From: Candidatus Acidiferrales bacterium
Lineage (GTDB): Bacteria > Acidobacteriota > Terriglobia > Acidiferrales > UBA7541
Direction of reading: 5' to 3'
Assembly (NCBI GenBank): GCA_965197305.1
Contig: CBDAMS010000013.1
Coordinates: forward strand, 1,199,121 to 1,263,120
Length of the DNA stretch: 64,000 nt
Part shown: piece by piece, positions 33,131 through 42,233 of the stretch
Layout of the letters: every line of letters starts with the position of its first letter
Position numbering within the stretch: the stretch's first letter is position 1
Program-made: the position numbers and the translations under genes
The notes under the pieces: generated by a model
What the model saw: only the letters and a program-made list of their open reading frames with translations
Told to the model about the DNA's origin: nothing
Database searches by the model: none

Positions 33131-33375
33131 CCCATGCCACAGAACACCCTCAAGACGGCCGGAACCCTCAGCGCGCGGGCGAGCAAGAGCCTTGACGCCA
33201 TGCGCACGCACGTCACGCGCCGCGTTCCGACGCCGCGCACCAGGCACGAGCCGCCAAAGTCGTCGACGCCGCCACGACTGTTTGCGCCCGCCAGGAAGCG
33301 CGGATCTCTGAACCTATGTCGAGACCCAGATGTTGTGGCCACGCAGGACACCGTCGGTCCCTACATCCTAACCGT

Positions 33376-33602
33376 GTGCTCGACGACTACTCGCGCTACA
33401 TCCTGGCCTGGACGCTGCGGCCGACGATGCAAGCGACCGATGTGATGGAGACGTTGGACCTCGCGCGGGCGTCGATCGGGCCCCGGTCGTCCATCGACCG
33501 CGAGCCGGCCTAGGCGTGGGCATGCTGTTGGCCTGCCAAGTCCAGCGCCGACTGTTTGGGGTCGTCGAGAGCTTCTTCGGGGCGCGCTGGGTCAAGGGCC
33601 GG
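33376..33602 (+). repeat. 227-bp fragment of an IS3-type transposase gene (rve region), duplicate of 41021-41235
   Basis: Near-identical DNA (three substitutions and one 12-nt indel) encoding VLDDYSRYILAWTL...ATDVMETLDLA. Both copies end at the same nucleotide. Confidence 0.8.
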
Positions 33603-33630
33603 CGTGGGCGCGGCGCCTACGGCATGGAGA

Positions 33631-35025
33631 CTAGAACTGGCGCACGAAGCGCAACTCGACGCCGGTGCGCTTGTAGTCGTAGAGCTGCGCGTTGGTGGTC
33701 CGCACCTCGTTGACCAGCACGAGTTGCGGGCTGAAGCCTCGTATCGTGAAAGCGCGGTTGTAGACCGAGGCGCGCAGGCTGCGGGTGCGGTCCGCGCGCG
33801 AGACGCCGGCCGGCGTGTGCGGGAACCAGTTGCCCTGGTAGGCCATCCAGCGCAGCTGGCCGCTGGCGCCCACGGTGAAGCCCCACGGCAGGGCGACCGT
33901 GACCCCGGTGTGCACCCAGCGGCGGGCATGGCGCCATCTCTCCGTTTCAGGACTCTCCCGTCCGTATCCTACCGCCGCATCGGCCCGCACGGTCGGGGTT
34001 ATCATCCGGGCCCCGCCCAGCGCGAAATCCATGACCGGCCCGTCCAGGAACTTCAGTGTCCGGTACCCGCGGTCGTGCCAGGACGCCCGGGCGTTCGCCG
34101 TCACCAGCGGGGTGAACCTGTGTCTGGCTTCGGCGCGTACGCCGAGATCAAGATGATCGAATCCTCTGCCGCTCCAGCGGCGCCCGGCATTGGCCAGCAG
34201 GCTCACCTCGGTGTTCTCGCCCGCCAGCCAGCGCGGCCCGGCATGGCCCGACACGAACAGCTGATCGAACTCTCCCCCCGCATAGTCCCGCCGCGAGAGG
34301 TCGCCACCGATGCGCAGCCGCAGCCGGTCATCCAGCCGATGCTGATATTCCCCGCCCGTCCACATCGAGACGCCCACGCCCGATGTCGTCAGATCGTCCA
34401 CGTCGCGTCGAAACGGCAGGCCCTGGATATAGATGATCTCCTCGTCCGAGGTGAAGCCGATGTTGGTGTCCGGCGCCAGCGAAGCGCCGAGATACATGTT
34501 CCAGCGCCGGCGCGCCCGGCGCGCCCAGATCTCCGACAAGAAGCGCACGACATTGGCGGCGACCGCCGGCGGCGGCTTGCTCGCCAGGACCTGCTCGAAA
34601 GAACGGCGCGCCAGGCTGTCCGCGCCCTTAAGGAAGAACGACCGCGCCAGCTCCAGGCGGACGCGAAGCAGCCCGGGGTGCTCGACCAGCATGCTGTGGA
34701 AGGAGGCGATGGCCTCGTCCAGCAGCGCATCCCGCTTCGCCTCCGAAACATTCGGCTCTTGCGATGCCCCGATCGCCGCCAGGCCGATGAGGAAAACCAC
34801 GTCCGCCTGGACCGTCCGGCCCCGCGCCAGCGGCCGCAGCACGGCCAGGGCCTCGTCGAACCGGTCCGTCCGCATCAACGTCCGGGCCTCGGCGATGCCT
34901 GTTTCGGCAGACTGGCTAGAGGTCCCCGGAGATTGCGGCGCTTGCCCGGCGCTCCACGCAGGGGTGGAGAGGAAAAGGACGGCGGCGGCCGCCAGGACGC
35001 GAAGGAGAGGGCTGATGGCCATCAT
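33631..35025 (-). CDS. surface lipoprotein assembly modifier (Slam; DUF560 outer-membrane barrel, type XI secretion)
   Basis: Signal peptide (LAAAAVLFLSTPAWSA), a TPR-like N-terminal third, then the DUF560-type barrel: ...GASLAPDTNIGFTSDEEIIYIQGLPFRRDVDDLTTSGVGVS..., alternating beta-strand pattern, terminal ...YKRTGVELRFVRQF. Confidence 0.8.
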   Translation of the reverse strand: MMAISPLLRVLAAAAVLFLSTPAWSAGQAPQSPGTSSQSAETGIAEARTLMRTDRFDEALAVLRPLARGRTVQADVVFLIGLAAIGASQEPNVSEAKRDALLDEAIASFHSMLVEHPGLLRVRLELARSFFLKGADSLARRSFEQVLASKPPPAVAANVVRFLSEIWARRARRRWNMYLGASLAPDTNIGFTSDEEIIYIQGLPFRRDVDDLTTSGVGVSMWTGGEYQHRLDDRLRLRIGGDLSRRDYAGGEFDQLFVSGHAGPRWLAGENTEVSLLANAGRRWSGRGFDHLDLGVRAEARHRFTPLVTANARASWHDRGYRTLKFLDGPVMDFALGGARMITPTVRADAAVGYGRESPETERWRHARRWVHTGVTVALPWGFTVGASGQLRWMAYQGNWFPHTPAGVSRADRTRSLRASVYNRAFTIRGFSPQLVLVNEVRTTNAQLYDYKRTGVELRFVRQF

Positions 35026-35236
35026 CGAAGGTTCACCATGAACTCATCGGCGTACCGCGCTATGGGGTGTGTCACCTTTGACATCGTGGCTGCGACATTC
35101 CTTCCGGAAACGGAAGTCGAGGCGACAAGGCCTCGTGAAGGGTACAAGACCAGACCCGCGAGGGGTCGGGGGGTGCAGTTTTCTCAACACGACTTGGGAA
35201 CGCCGGGAGCGGGGTGCAGGTCTTTCCTCACGCCGC

Positions 35237-35268
35237 ACAAAAAAGAGGGCGGCCAGAGGGCCGCCCTC
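35237..35268 (-). terminator. strong rho-independent terminator between the lipoprotein gene and the Slam gene
   Basis: On the minus strand: GAGGGCGGCC-CTCT-GGCCGCCCTC (10-bp perfect stem, 35245-35268) followed by TTTTTT (35239-35244), 21 nt after the stop at 35289. Confidence 0.7.
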
Positions 35269-35288
35269 CCAGTCTTCCCGTTTAGCTA

Positions 35289-37496
35289 CTACTTCCGGTG
35301 CGCGCCGAAAGCGCCCACATAGCTCTCGGTGACGGTGTCATCTTCCATACCCGTAGTGTTGGTAACGCCGAAGGTGCCGGCGACGGAACCGGGGTGGTCG
35401 GTCGTCTTCTCGCCGTTGCCGAAGAAACCGCCGCTCCAGGTGCCATTAAAGGTGTGGGTCGCCAGACCCGGCCCCTCTTGCTGGCCCATTACGGCACTAC
35501 CGTCGAAGGTGTTTTCGCCAGTGGTAAGATTGGTCTTTACCAGATGGATAGGCTCCTCCATGGGGTCGCCGCCACCCACGGAGATGTTATCGATCGCTCC
35601 CTCGATGGTTCCAGCAGTATCAGCGTCGCCGAACTCGGCGGTCAGATTGGCGTCGCCATCGAAAGACGACACCCCGCTACCCGTCTTATGATGGGCCCCG
35701 ACTGCGGGACCGCTATACTTCGCTGTACCTTCGAGAGCTTCCACGTTGTTCGCGGTGAACGGCTGTCCACCCGTCGCGATGGCCCCGAAGGTATCGGCGC
35801 CAGCATCTGTTTCATCCAACCAGACACCGAAGAGGAGGTAGTCGGCCTTCGCAGCAGCTTCCACCTCCGTAACGCCTTCCCTTCTTCCGGAAAACGTGTA
35901 GCCGGTCGCGGCCGTGACCATGACATTGTCCCCGCTGCCCGTATAAGACAGTGAACAGGGGCTATCAGCACACGTGAACGTTCCCTTAATCGCGGGAGTA
36001 TTGTCCTGACCATCATGGTCGAAGCTACCCGGGAAGCTTGTCTCAGCATCAGTGAACTCACCCACAGACGCAATTGTTTCCGCCGTGACTGCAGCGTTCA
36101 CGACGGTCACCGCCGTTACCGCCACAACCTCTGGCGTCTCCTGCTCCTTGTCGGTGAAGACCAGCACACGCGCGCCTTCACTCGAAATGTCGAACATGTG
36201 CGGGAAATCGCCACCGACGTTGGTCTGCTTGGCATTGGGTTTGACAGCGGGATCGACGTCGGCATCGCCCACTGTGTCGGAGGTGATGTCGTTCTCGGCA
36301 CCGCCACCACTAACACCGGACCGGAACGTAATCTCCAGCAGGCTGGCCATCGCCTCGTCAACGTCGGCTGTATTGGGGTTATCTGGCGTGTCTACAGCCC
36401 ACGCAGCAGCAGCGGCGGCATCGCCGTCTTGATTGCCAGCTGCCATTGCAGCCGCTGCAGCGATAGCCGCCCCTACACTTGCCACCTCTACCTTCGCGTC
36501 GTCCTCGTCTTTGACGTCGGACGCATTCGCCGACGTGAACAAGCCGAGGACGTGCGTGCCGGCGGCCGTCTCCGCGGCTGCTGCCGCATCCATGGCGGTC
36601 ATATAGTTCATGCCCGCGCCCGTAGCCTGCTCTTCCGCGGTGGTCTTCGCGGCGTCCGCGACCCCCTGATACATCTGGGCGTCTGCGAGGGTGGTCGCAT
36701 CCATCGCACTCATGGATGCGGCATCCGCGGCGGCCACAGCCGTCCACGCGTCAGCCCGCGCCATTTCGGCCGCGGTCGCAGCCGTTTCGGCCGCCGTTGC
36801 CTGCGTGTCCGCCTCGCCGGAATCCGTCCGCGCGCGCACGGCACGGTCCGCTGCGTCCCGTGCTTCGACCGCCTTCGCTCTGGCGTCCTTCGACTTTTGG
36901 TCCGCCGAGTTGAAGTGGACTAGTGCTGCCGCCGCCGCCGCTTTCGCCATCTCCTGCGCAGCGGCGATGTCTCTCTCTTGTCGCAGCTGACCAGCCACAG
37001 CCGACGCCAATTCCGACTCACGCTGCAATTCCTGCGCTATCTCAAGTTGGTCGTCCGCATTCCCCTGCTCAGTCTCGGCGGTCGTCTGCTCGCCCTCCGC
37101 ATCGGCGGACATCGTGTCCGCCTCCGCCCGCTCAGAGGCCTCTTCGGCAGCAGTTGCGGCCGCATCGGCCGCATCGGCGGCTTCCTGAGCCGCCATCGCC
37201 TGCGCGGACTCATCGCCCGTGAGGTCAGCGACCGTGTCCGCCGCCTCCTGGGCGGCGCCAGCCGCCGTCCGAGCGTCCATGGCGGCCGTCATGGCCGCCT
37301 CTTTCGCGTCGGACAGTTTCCCCGCTTCGATAGAGGGATCAGGCGCAGGAGTGACAGCCGGCGGTGGTGCCGGTGCGATGACCGGCGCTACTACGGTTTC
37401 GCTGCCGCACGCGGCAAGGCCGAGCGCCAGCACGGCCGCGCAACAGATCTTCGCAATCTTCATCATCATCATCATCGGGTTCTTGTGTTTAAACAT
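35289..37496 (-). CDS. surface lipoprotein with a TbpB-like C-terminal handle/beta-barrel (candidate Slam cargo) and an Ala/Glu/Asp-rich N-terminal half
   Basis: Lipobox LALGLAAC (Cys30), a Pro/Ala linker, then about 270 aa dominated by A/E/D/T/Q. The C-terminal part has DYLLFGVW..., AKYSGPAVGAH..., FNGTWSGGFFGNG...SVAGTFG... and ends YVGAFGAHRK, the signature of TbpB/HpuA/fHbp-type barrels. Confidence 0.7.
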   Translation of the reverse strand: MFKHKNPMMMMMKIAKICCAAVLALGLAACGSETVVAPVIAPAPPPAVTPAPDPSIEAGKLSDAKEAAMTAAMDARTAAGAAQEAADTVADLTGDESAQAMAAQEAADAADAAATAAEEASERAEADTMSADAEGEQTTAETEQGNADDQLEIAQELQRESELASAVAGQLRQERDIAAAQEMAKAAAAAALVHFNSADQKSKDARAKAVEARDAADRAVRARTDSGEADTQATAAETAATAAEMARADAWTAVAAADAASMSAMDATTLADAQMYQGVADAAKTTAEEQATGAGMNYMTAMDAAAAAETAAGTHVLGLFTSANASDVKDEDDAKVEVASVGAAIAAAAAMAAGNQDGDAAAAAAWAVDTPDNPNTADVDEAMASLLEITFRSGVSGGGAENDITSDTVGDADVDPAVKPNAKQTNVGGDFPHMFDISSEGARVLVFTDKEQETPEVVAVTAVTVVNAAVTAETIASVGEFTDAETSFPGSFDHDGQDNTPAIKGTFTCADSPCSLSYTGSGDNVMVTAATGYTFSGRREGVTEVEAAAKADYLLFGVWLDETDAGADTFGAIATGGQPFTANNVEALEGTAKYSGPAVGAHHKTGSGVSSFDGDANLTAEFGDADTAGTIEGAIDNISVGGGDPMEEPIHLVKTNLTTGENTFDGSAVMGQQEGPGLATHTFNGTWSGGFFGNGEKTTDHPGSVAGTFGVTNTTGMEDDTVTESYVGAFGAHRK

Positions 37497-38133
37497 AGTT
37501 CACCGGCTCTCCTCAATAGAGTTCAAGAGTGAGTTCAAGAGGCGACCTCGAGACGAGGCCTCGCTCCTCCATCGTAAGCGTACAGCGTGGAACACACGTC
37601 TGTCAAGCTTTAATTAACGATCCGCGCCGTGTCGATACAGGCAATCCATATCCCCATCCCCGCGGTATCCCCGCGCGGATTCGGTCGGCGAAGGGAAACT
37701 TTGCATGTTGAGCGCCGCCCCCACAATCCGCCTTCAGGTCCGAATAGGCGATTCCCGCCTGAAAGACACCGAACCACACGGATTCTCCTAGCCTGCACCC
37801 TGTCTCCTCAAGGATCAGGTTGGTGGACGTTACCACACCGTTTCCGGGGAATGCAAGCGCCAAGTTCCAGAAAAATCTCAACCGGTTACCAACCGGCGGT
37901 GACAGGATTCCCGCCCCGAGACTCCTCTCGATCTCCCGGCAGCTTGAGAGCCGGGCCGAGAGAGGATGCTCCAACCGGAGATCCCGGGCGGGATCTCCGG
38001 TTCAGAGATCTACCGGCAGACGCAACCCGCCCAGACCAGCTGAGAATCGATCCGGCGGGCGCGAAGCGGCGCAACCGTTTGGGACCGGGCCGCTCTCCGC
38101 GTGCCGATTCGCCGCGGACATCCGAATCAGGCC

Positions 38134-38375
38134 TCAACGCTGAACTGTCACGCCGACATCCGTCCCGGAGCCTCCGGGCAGTATATCAGCTCCGATACTG
38201 GCGGCGACCCGGGCCGCGGATTCCTTCACCGAGTCCCGCGCGAGATGGGCGTAGCGGGCCGTCGTCTGGATCTTGCTGTGCCCGAGCAACTTGTCGATCA
38301 TCGGAAGGACCATACCGGACGCCAATGGCGGGTCTGTGATGCCCGAAGTGTAGCCGGTACGGCTCAGCCGTTGAA
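38134..38375 (-). pseudogene. C-terminal stub of a tyrosine recombinase/integrase
   Basis: ...LPMIDKLLGHSKIQTTARYAHLARD... contains the catalytic-Tyr box. Everything N-terminal of the (degenerate) RHT box is missing. Confidence 0.6.
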
Positions 38376-38386
38376 ATGGTAGCGCA

Positions 38387-38827
38387 TTGTCAGGTCGGGG
38401 GCCGTTCGGCTTGCGCCATCGTGTTTTCCGGGTCCGCCTCCACGTCGCCATCGTCTATGACCCAAATCAGCGTAAGAAGAAGGTTGAACAATACTATTTC
38501 GACAGCCGTCGTGGATGGAACGCTCAATCGCTGGACATTGGTTTTGCCCCGGACAGTCTGAAGATGACAACGATGGCTTACCCTGCTGTCGAGTTTCTCT
38601 GCCTCGTTGGACTTCAGCGTTTTCGGCCTGCCTCGACGACACATCGCCGCGTGTTTGTTTACCACGCGTGGCTCGACCCGCTGCCAGTGAGTACCGCCGC
38701 GGTTGCCGCGAGCGGCATGCTGTGGACGCGAGAGTCACAGGCTTATCGGTTCGAGAACGCGTTCCGAACCGTCCAGAAGAAGCACAAGTCCTTTCTTCTC
38801 GCAACGCCGATTGAAGATTCATCATGA
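38387..38827 (+). pseudogene. 3' remnant of the gene preceding cas7 (presumed large subunit Csx17/Cas8u)
   Basis: The ORF ends in an ATGA overlap with the cas7 start (38824-38827), which indicates translational coupling. In type I-U/I-G operons this position is the large subunit. The sequence itself was not recognised, and the N-terminal bulk is absent. Confidence 0.35.
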
Positions 38828-39879
38828 GCAACACACTGAACAAGTACGACAGCTGGTTGACCGGCGATGACAGCCCCGCGGCGCTTGTCATTCGGGAACA
38901 TGTGATGCCAGTCGAGGGACACGATGGTGCGCTGTTCCCGCCAACGTTTGCCGCCGGTGACGGTTCCCCCGGCGGGTACAATATCGACACATTCGGCGAT
39001 GAGAAGGATGGGAAGAACGTCTGCTTGATCGACAGCGTGGGATCGCAGGCGAATCGGATCGAGCCGATCTTTGCCGAGGAAAAGTACGCGGGATTGATCC
39101 CGCAGATCGTCGTGAAGGCCGGAGAGAAGGAGATCAACATCACCGAGGCGGGCCATCGCGCCGGCGACGCATCGATGCGATGTTCTGAATTGCAGGAGGA
39201 GTTACATGACGCGTTCCGGGCCGTGCTCAGCGGGGACTCCGAACCGCTGGCGAAAATCGCGCCCACGTCGCTGGTGTTCGGCGTCTGGGATTCTCGCGAC
39301 ACGCAGGCGAAGTTACCTCGGCTAGTGTCGTCTACGATCAGGGCGTTCGATGTACGGAAGATGACGCGAGGGGCCGCCTACATTCCACCGGTCGATTACT
39401 CCGACCTCGATGTTTTCAGCGAAACCGAAAAGGCCAAGACGGAAGGAAGCTCAAAGAGCCCGCTTGCACAGCGCGGGTTCGTGCACAATCTCGCATCCGC
39501 CTCCCACGGCGGCGTGATCGCGACCGGCGGCATCCGCCGAGATGCAACGCTCAGTCTTGCCGCTCTTCGTCTGCTCAAGGCTGGCGACGATGAGGGCACG
39601 CTTGCGCTGCGCCGCTACGTCTTCGGCCTGGCGCTGGTCGCGTTGACGGCCAACACGTCGATCTACCTTCGCCAGGGCTGCAACCTGGTCATCGATTCGG
39701 ACAAACCCCGCGAGTTCCACAAGGTGTACCGCGACGGTCGGCGAGAGCCGGCAACTATCTCGCATCCCGAGGCGATCGAGTTCGCCTCGGCCGCCGCCGA
39801 GACGTTCGGTAAGGGTGACAGTCGCACGGTTGCGTTCGACAAGCAGAAGGCCAAGGCGGACGTGAAGAAAAAGGATTGA
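38824..39879 (+). CDS. cas7: type I-U/I-G CRISPR-associated Cas7 (Csb1, GSU0053 family), full length
   Basis: 351 aa. ...ALFPPTFAAG...GGYNID...VCLIDSVGSQANRIEPIF..., ...SLVFGVWDSRDTQAKLPRLV..., ...GGIRRDATLSLAALRLL... match my recollection of conserved Csb1/Cas7u blocks. Followed by a csb2 stub. Confidence 0.7.
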   Translation: MSNTLNKYDSWLTGDDSPAALVIREHVMPVEGHDGALFPPTFAAGDGSPGGYNIDTFGDEKDGKNVCLIDSVGSQANRIEPIFAEEKYAGLIPQIVVKAGEKEINITEAGHRAGDASMRCSELQEELHDAFRAVLSGDSEPLAKIAPTSLVFGVWDSRDTQAKLPRLVSSTIRAFDVRKMTRGAAYIPPVDYSDLDVFSETEKAKTEGSSKSPLAQRGFVHNLASASHGGVIATGGIRRDATLSLAALRLLKAGDDEGTLALRRYVFGLALVALTANTSIYLRQGCNLVIDSDKPREFHKVYRDGRREPATISHPEAIEFASAAAETFGKGDSRTVAFDKQKAKADVKKKD

Positions 39880-39894
39880 CGATCGGAGCATCCC

Positions 39895-40110
39895 ATGTCG
39901 GATTACCTCTGTATCGCTGCGACGTTTCTGGATCCGCGTTTTCACGGACGGGGTGACGGCGGCGAACCCGAATGACCACCCTCACCGTTGCGGCTCTTGC
40001 AGGCGATCGTCGCCGCGAACGCCGATGACATCGGTAACATGGATGGAGACCTCGATCGGGCCTTGACGTGGCTTGAACTGCAGGGGCCGCCCCTTCTCCT
40101 GGCGCTGTAG
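39895..40110 (+). pseudogene. csb2: 5' stub of type I-U/I-G csb2 (Cas5/Cas6 fusion) with an in-frame TGA and truncation
   Basis: MSDYLCIAATFLDPRFHGRGDGGEPE-[TGA at 39973-39975]-PPSPLRLLQAIVAAN...ALTWLELQGPP. Csb2 proteins carry E-W-PPSP-RLFQALVAA here, so TGG became TGA. Only about 70 codons remain before the next IS. Confidence 0.65.
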
Positions 40111-41235
40111 GGGTTCAGACCCTTTTGGACCATTGAGCCGGCGAAAATAAGAGACACTTCCTGGCCAGGGTAGGAGGCACCCCATGCGCAAGGAAGCGTC
40201 ACCGGAGAAGGTCGTTCAAGAGATCCGGCGGAAGACCTGCCGACGGTTTTCGGCCGAAGAGAAGATTCGGATCGTGCTGGAGGGCCTGCGGGGCGAAGCA
40301 AGCATCGCCACGCTGTGCCGCAAGGAGAGCTTGGCACCAAATCTGTACTATCGGTAGGAGCAAGGAGTTTCTCGAAGCCGGCAAGAAGCGGTTGGTCGGC
40401 GACACGACCCGCGAGGCGACGTCGACGGAAGTCACCGATCTCCGCAAGGAAAATACTCACCTGAAGCAGCTCGTCGCGGAGATGGTGCTCGAAAACCTGC
40501 TGCTCAAAAAAACCGTGACGGCCTCCGGCTCGGAGGACGACACGTGCGACTGACGGCGGCGAAGAAGCAGGAGATGATCCGCCTGGTGGAAGGGTCGGAC
40601 CTGCCGGTCCGCCACACGCTGCGCGAGCTGCAGGTGCCGCGGTCGACCTTCTACACGTGGTATCGCCGGTATGCCGAGGGTGGGCTGAACGGACTCACCC
40701 CGCGCCCGTCGGGCGCCCGGCGCTATTGGAACCAGATTCCCCCACGCGTGCGGCACCGTGTGGTCGACGCCGCGCTGGCCGCGCCCGAACGCACGCCGCG
40801 TGAGCTGGCGTGGGCCTTCACGGACCGGGAGGGGCCTTTTCTCTCGGAACCAAGCGTGTATCGCATCTTGAAGGCGTACGACTTGATCACCAGTCCGGCC
40901 TTCGTCGTGCTCTCGGCGGTGAAAACGTTTGCCTATCCCACGCACCGCCCCAACGAGCTCTGGCAGACCGACTTCACATATCTCCATGTCGTCGGGTGGG
41001 GCTGGTATTACCTCTCGATGGTGCTCGACGACTACTCGCGCTATATCCTGGCCTGGACGCTGCAAGCGACCGATGTGATGGAGACGTTGGACCTCGCGCG
41101 GGCGTCGATCGGGCCCCGGTCGTCCATCGACCGCGAGCCGGCCGAGGCGTGGGCATGCTGTTGGCCTGCGAAGTCCAGCGCCGACTGTTTGGGGTCGTCG
41201 AGAGCTTCTTCGGGGCGCGCTGGGTCAAGGGCCGG
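40106..41235 (+). mobile_element. degenerate IS3-type element (HTH orfA with a 1-nt insertion; orfB cut inside the rve domain)
   Basis: orfA starts at ATG 40184 (AGGAGG SD) and reads MRKEASPEKVV...NLYYR, then TAG at 40355-40357. Removing one A restores ...YYRWSKEFLEAGKKRL... orfB (40544-) reads ...HRPNELWQTDFTYL...YYLSMVLDDYSRYILAWTL..., then homology is lost. The left boundary is approximate. Confidence 0.6.
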
Positions 41236-42233
41236 GGCTTGCCCCGTTTCAGTGGACAGTTTCTCGTTTGAGTTTTGCAACTAGTCACAGTAGGCGTTGC
41301 GGGAACTGTGGGAGCCGCGTAGCGGCTTCCAAGAGGCTGTGGGAATCGCGCAGCGATTTCCAGGGCTTGGTCAGTTTCCACAACGGCTGACGCCCGATCG
41401 TACCTCCTTTCGTAGCTTGGTGGGGAGTGGTTCTCCAGAGACGAATGCCGACGGTGGGGGTTGTAGAAACCCTCCACGAAGTCGAAGACAGCCATCCGGG
41501 CCTCGATGGGAGTGCGAAACGAAGACCGCTCCAAGAGTTCACACTCCAGCGTGGCGAAGAAGCTCTCGCACAAGGCGTTGTCGTAACAGTCGCCCCGGGA
41601 GCCCATGGATAGGCTCACTCCAGCCTTCCGGCAGTGCTTGCCGAATTCGATGGACGTGTACTGCGATCCCTGGTCCGAAGGGTGAATGACCCCTTCAGGC
41701 CGACGTCGCCAGATCGCCATGTTCAGGGCATCGATCACCAACTCGGTCCTCAAGTGAGTTGCCATCGCCCAGCCCACCACGCGGCGGCTGAAGGCATCGA
41801 CCACTACGGCCAGATACAAAACCCCCGCCCAGGTCCCGATGTAGGTGATATCGGCTACCCAGAGCTGATCCGGCCGGTGGGCCGTAACGTTGCGATCCAC
41901 CCGATCCGGGGCTCGGCGAGACCCAGGCTCCCGATGCGTCGTCCGAGTTCGCCTGCGTCGGCTCACTCCTTGCACTCCCGCCTCTTTCATCAGACGCGCC
42001 ACTCGCTTGCGAGAAACACGTTGGCCCTCATCCGCCAGTTCGGCTCGGATCCTCGGCGCTCCATAGGTGCCTCGACTCCAGCCATGTATCCTCTCGATCC
42101 GGGATCTCAACTGCGCATCCTCCTCAGCTCGAGCCGAGGGCGGACGCTGGCGCCACGCATGGTACCCACTGGGGGAAACGCCCAGCACTAGGCACATCGT
42201 GACGATGGGATAGCTCTCCTGGTACTCGCTCAC
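41236..42233 (-). CDS. IS3-family transposase OrfB (rve/DDE)
   Basis: ...LWVADITYIGTWAGVLYLAVVVDAFSRRVVGW..., ...HPSDQGSQYTS..., ...CYDNALCESFFATLECE... No stop codon occurs before the element end, so the ORF reads on to 40974 in flanking DNA. Confidence 0.75.

Noticed and set aside
37603-37974. ORF 37603-37974 (-), 123 aa, upstream of the lipoprotein gene. Briefly considered as a porin/OMP fragment (…WFGVFQAGIAYSDLKAD…).
   Set aside because: There is no signal peptide, no beta-barrel terminus and no convincing family resemblance. The region is probably non-coding junction DNA.
37497-40110. Looked for a CRISPR repeat-spacer array next to the cas remnant, in 37.5-38.1 kb and downstream of csb2.
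   Set aside because: No regularly spaced direct repeats of 25-40 bp were found, only isolated hairpins (for example the 12-bp stem at 37973-38002).
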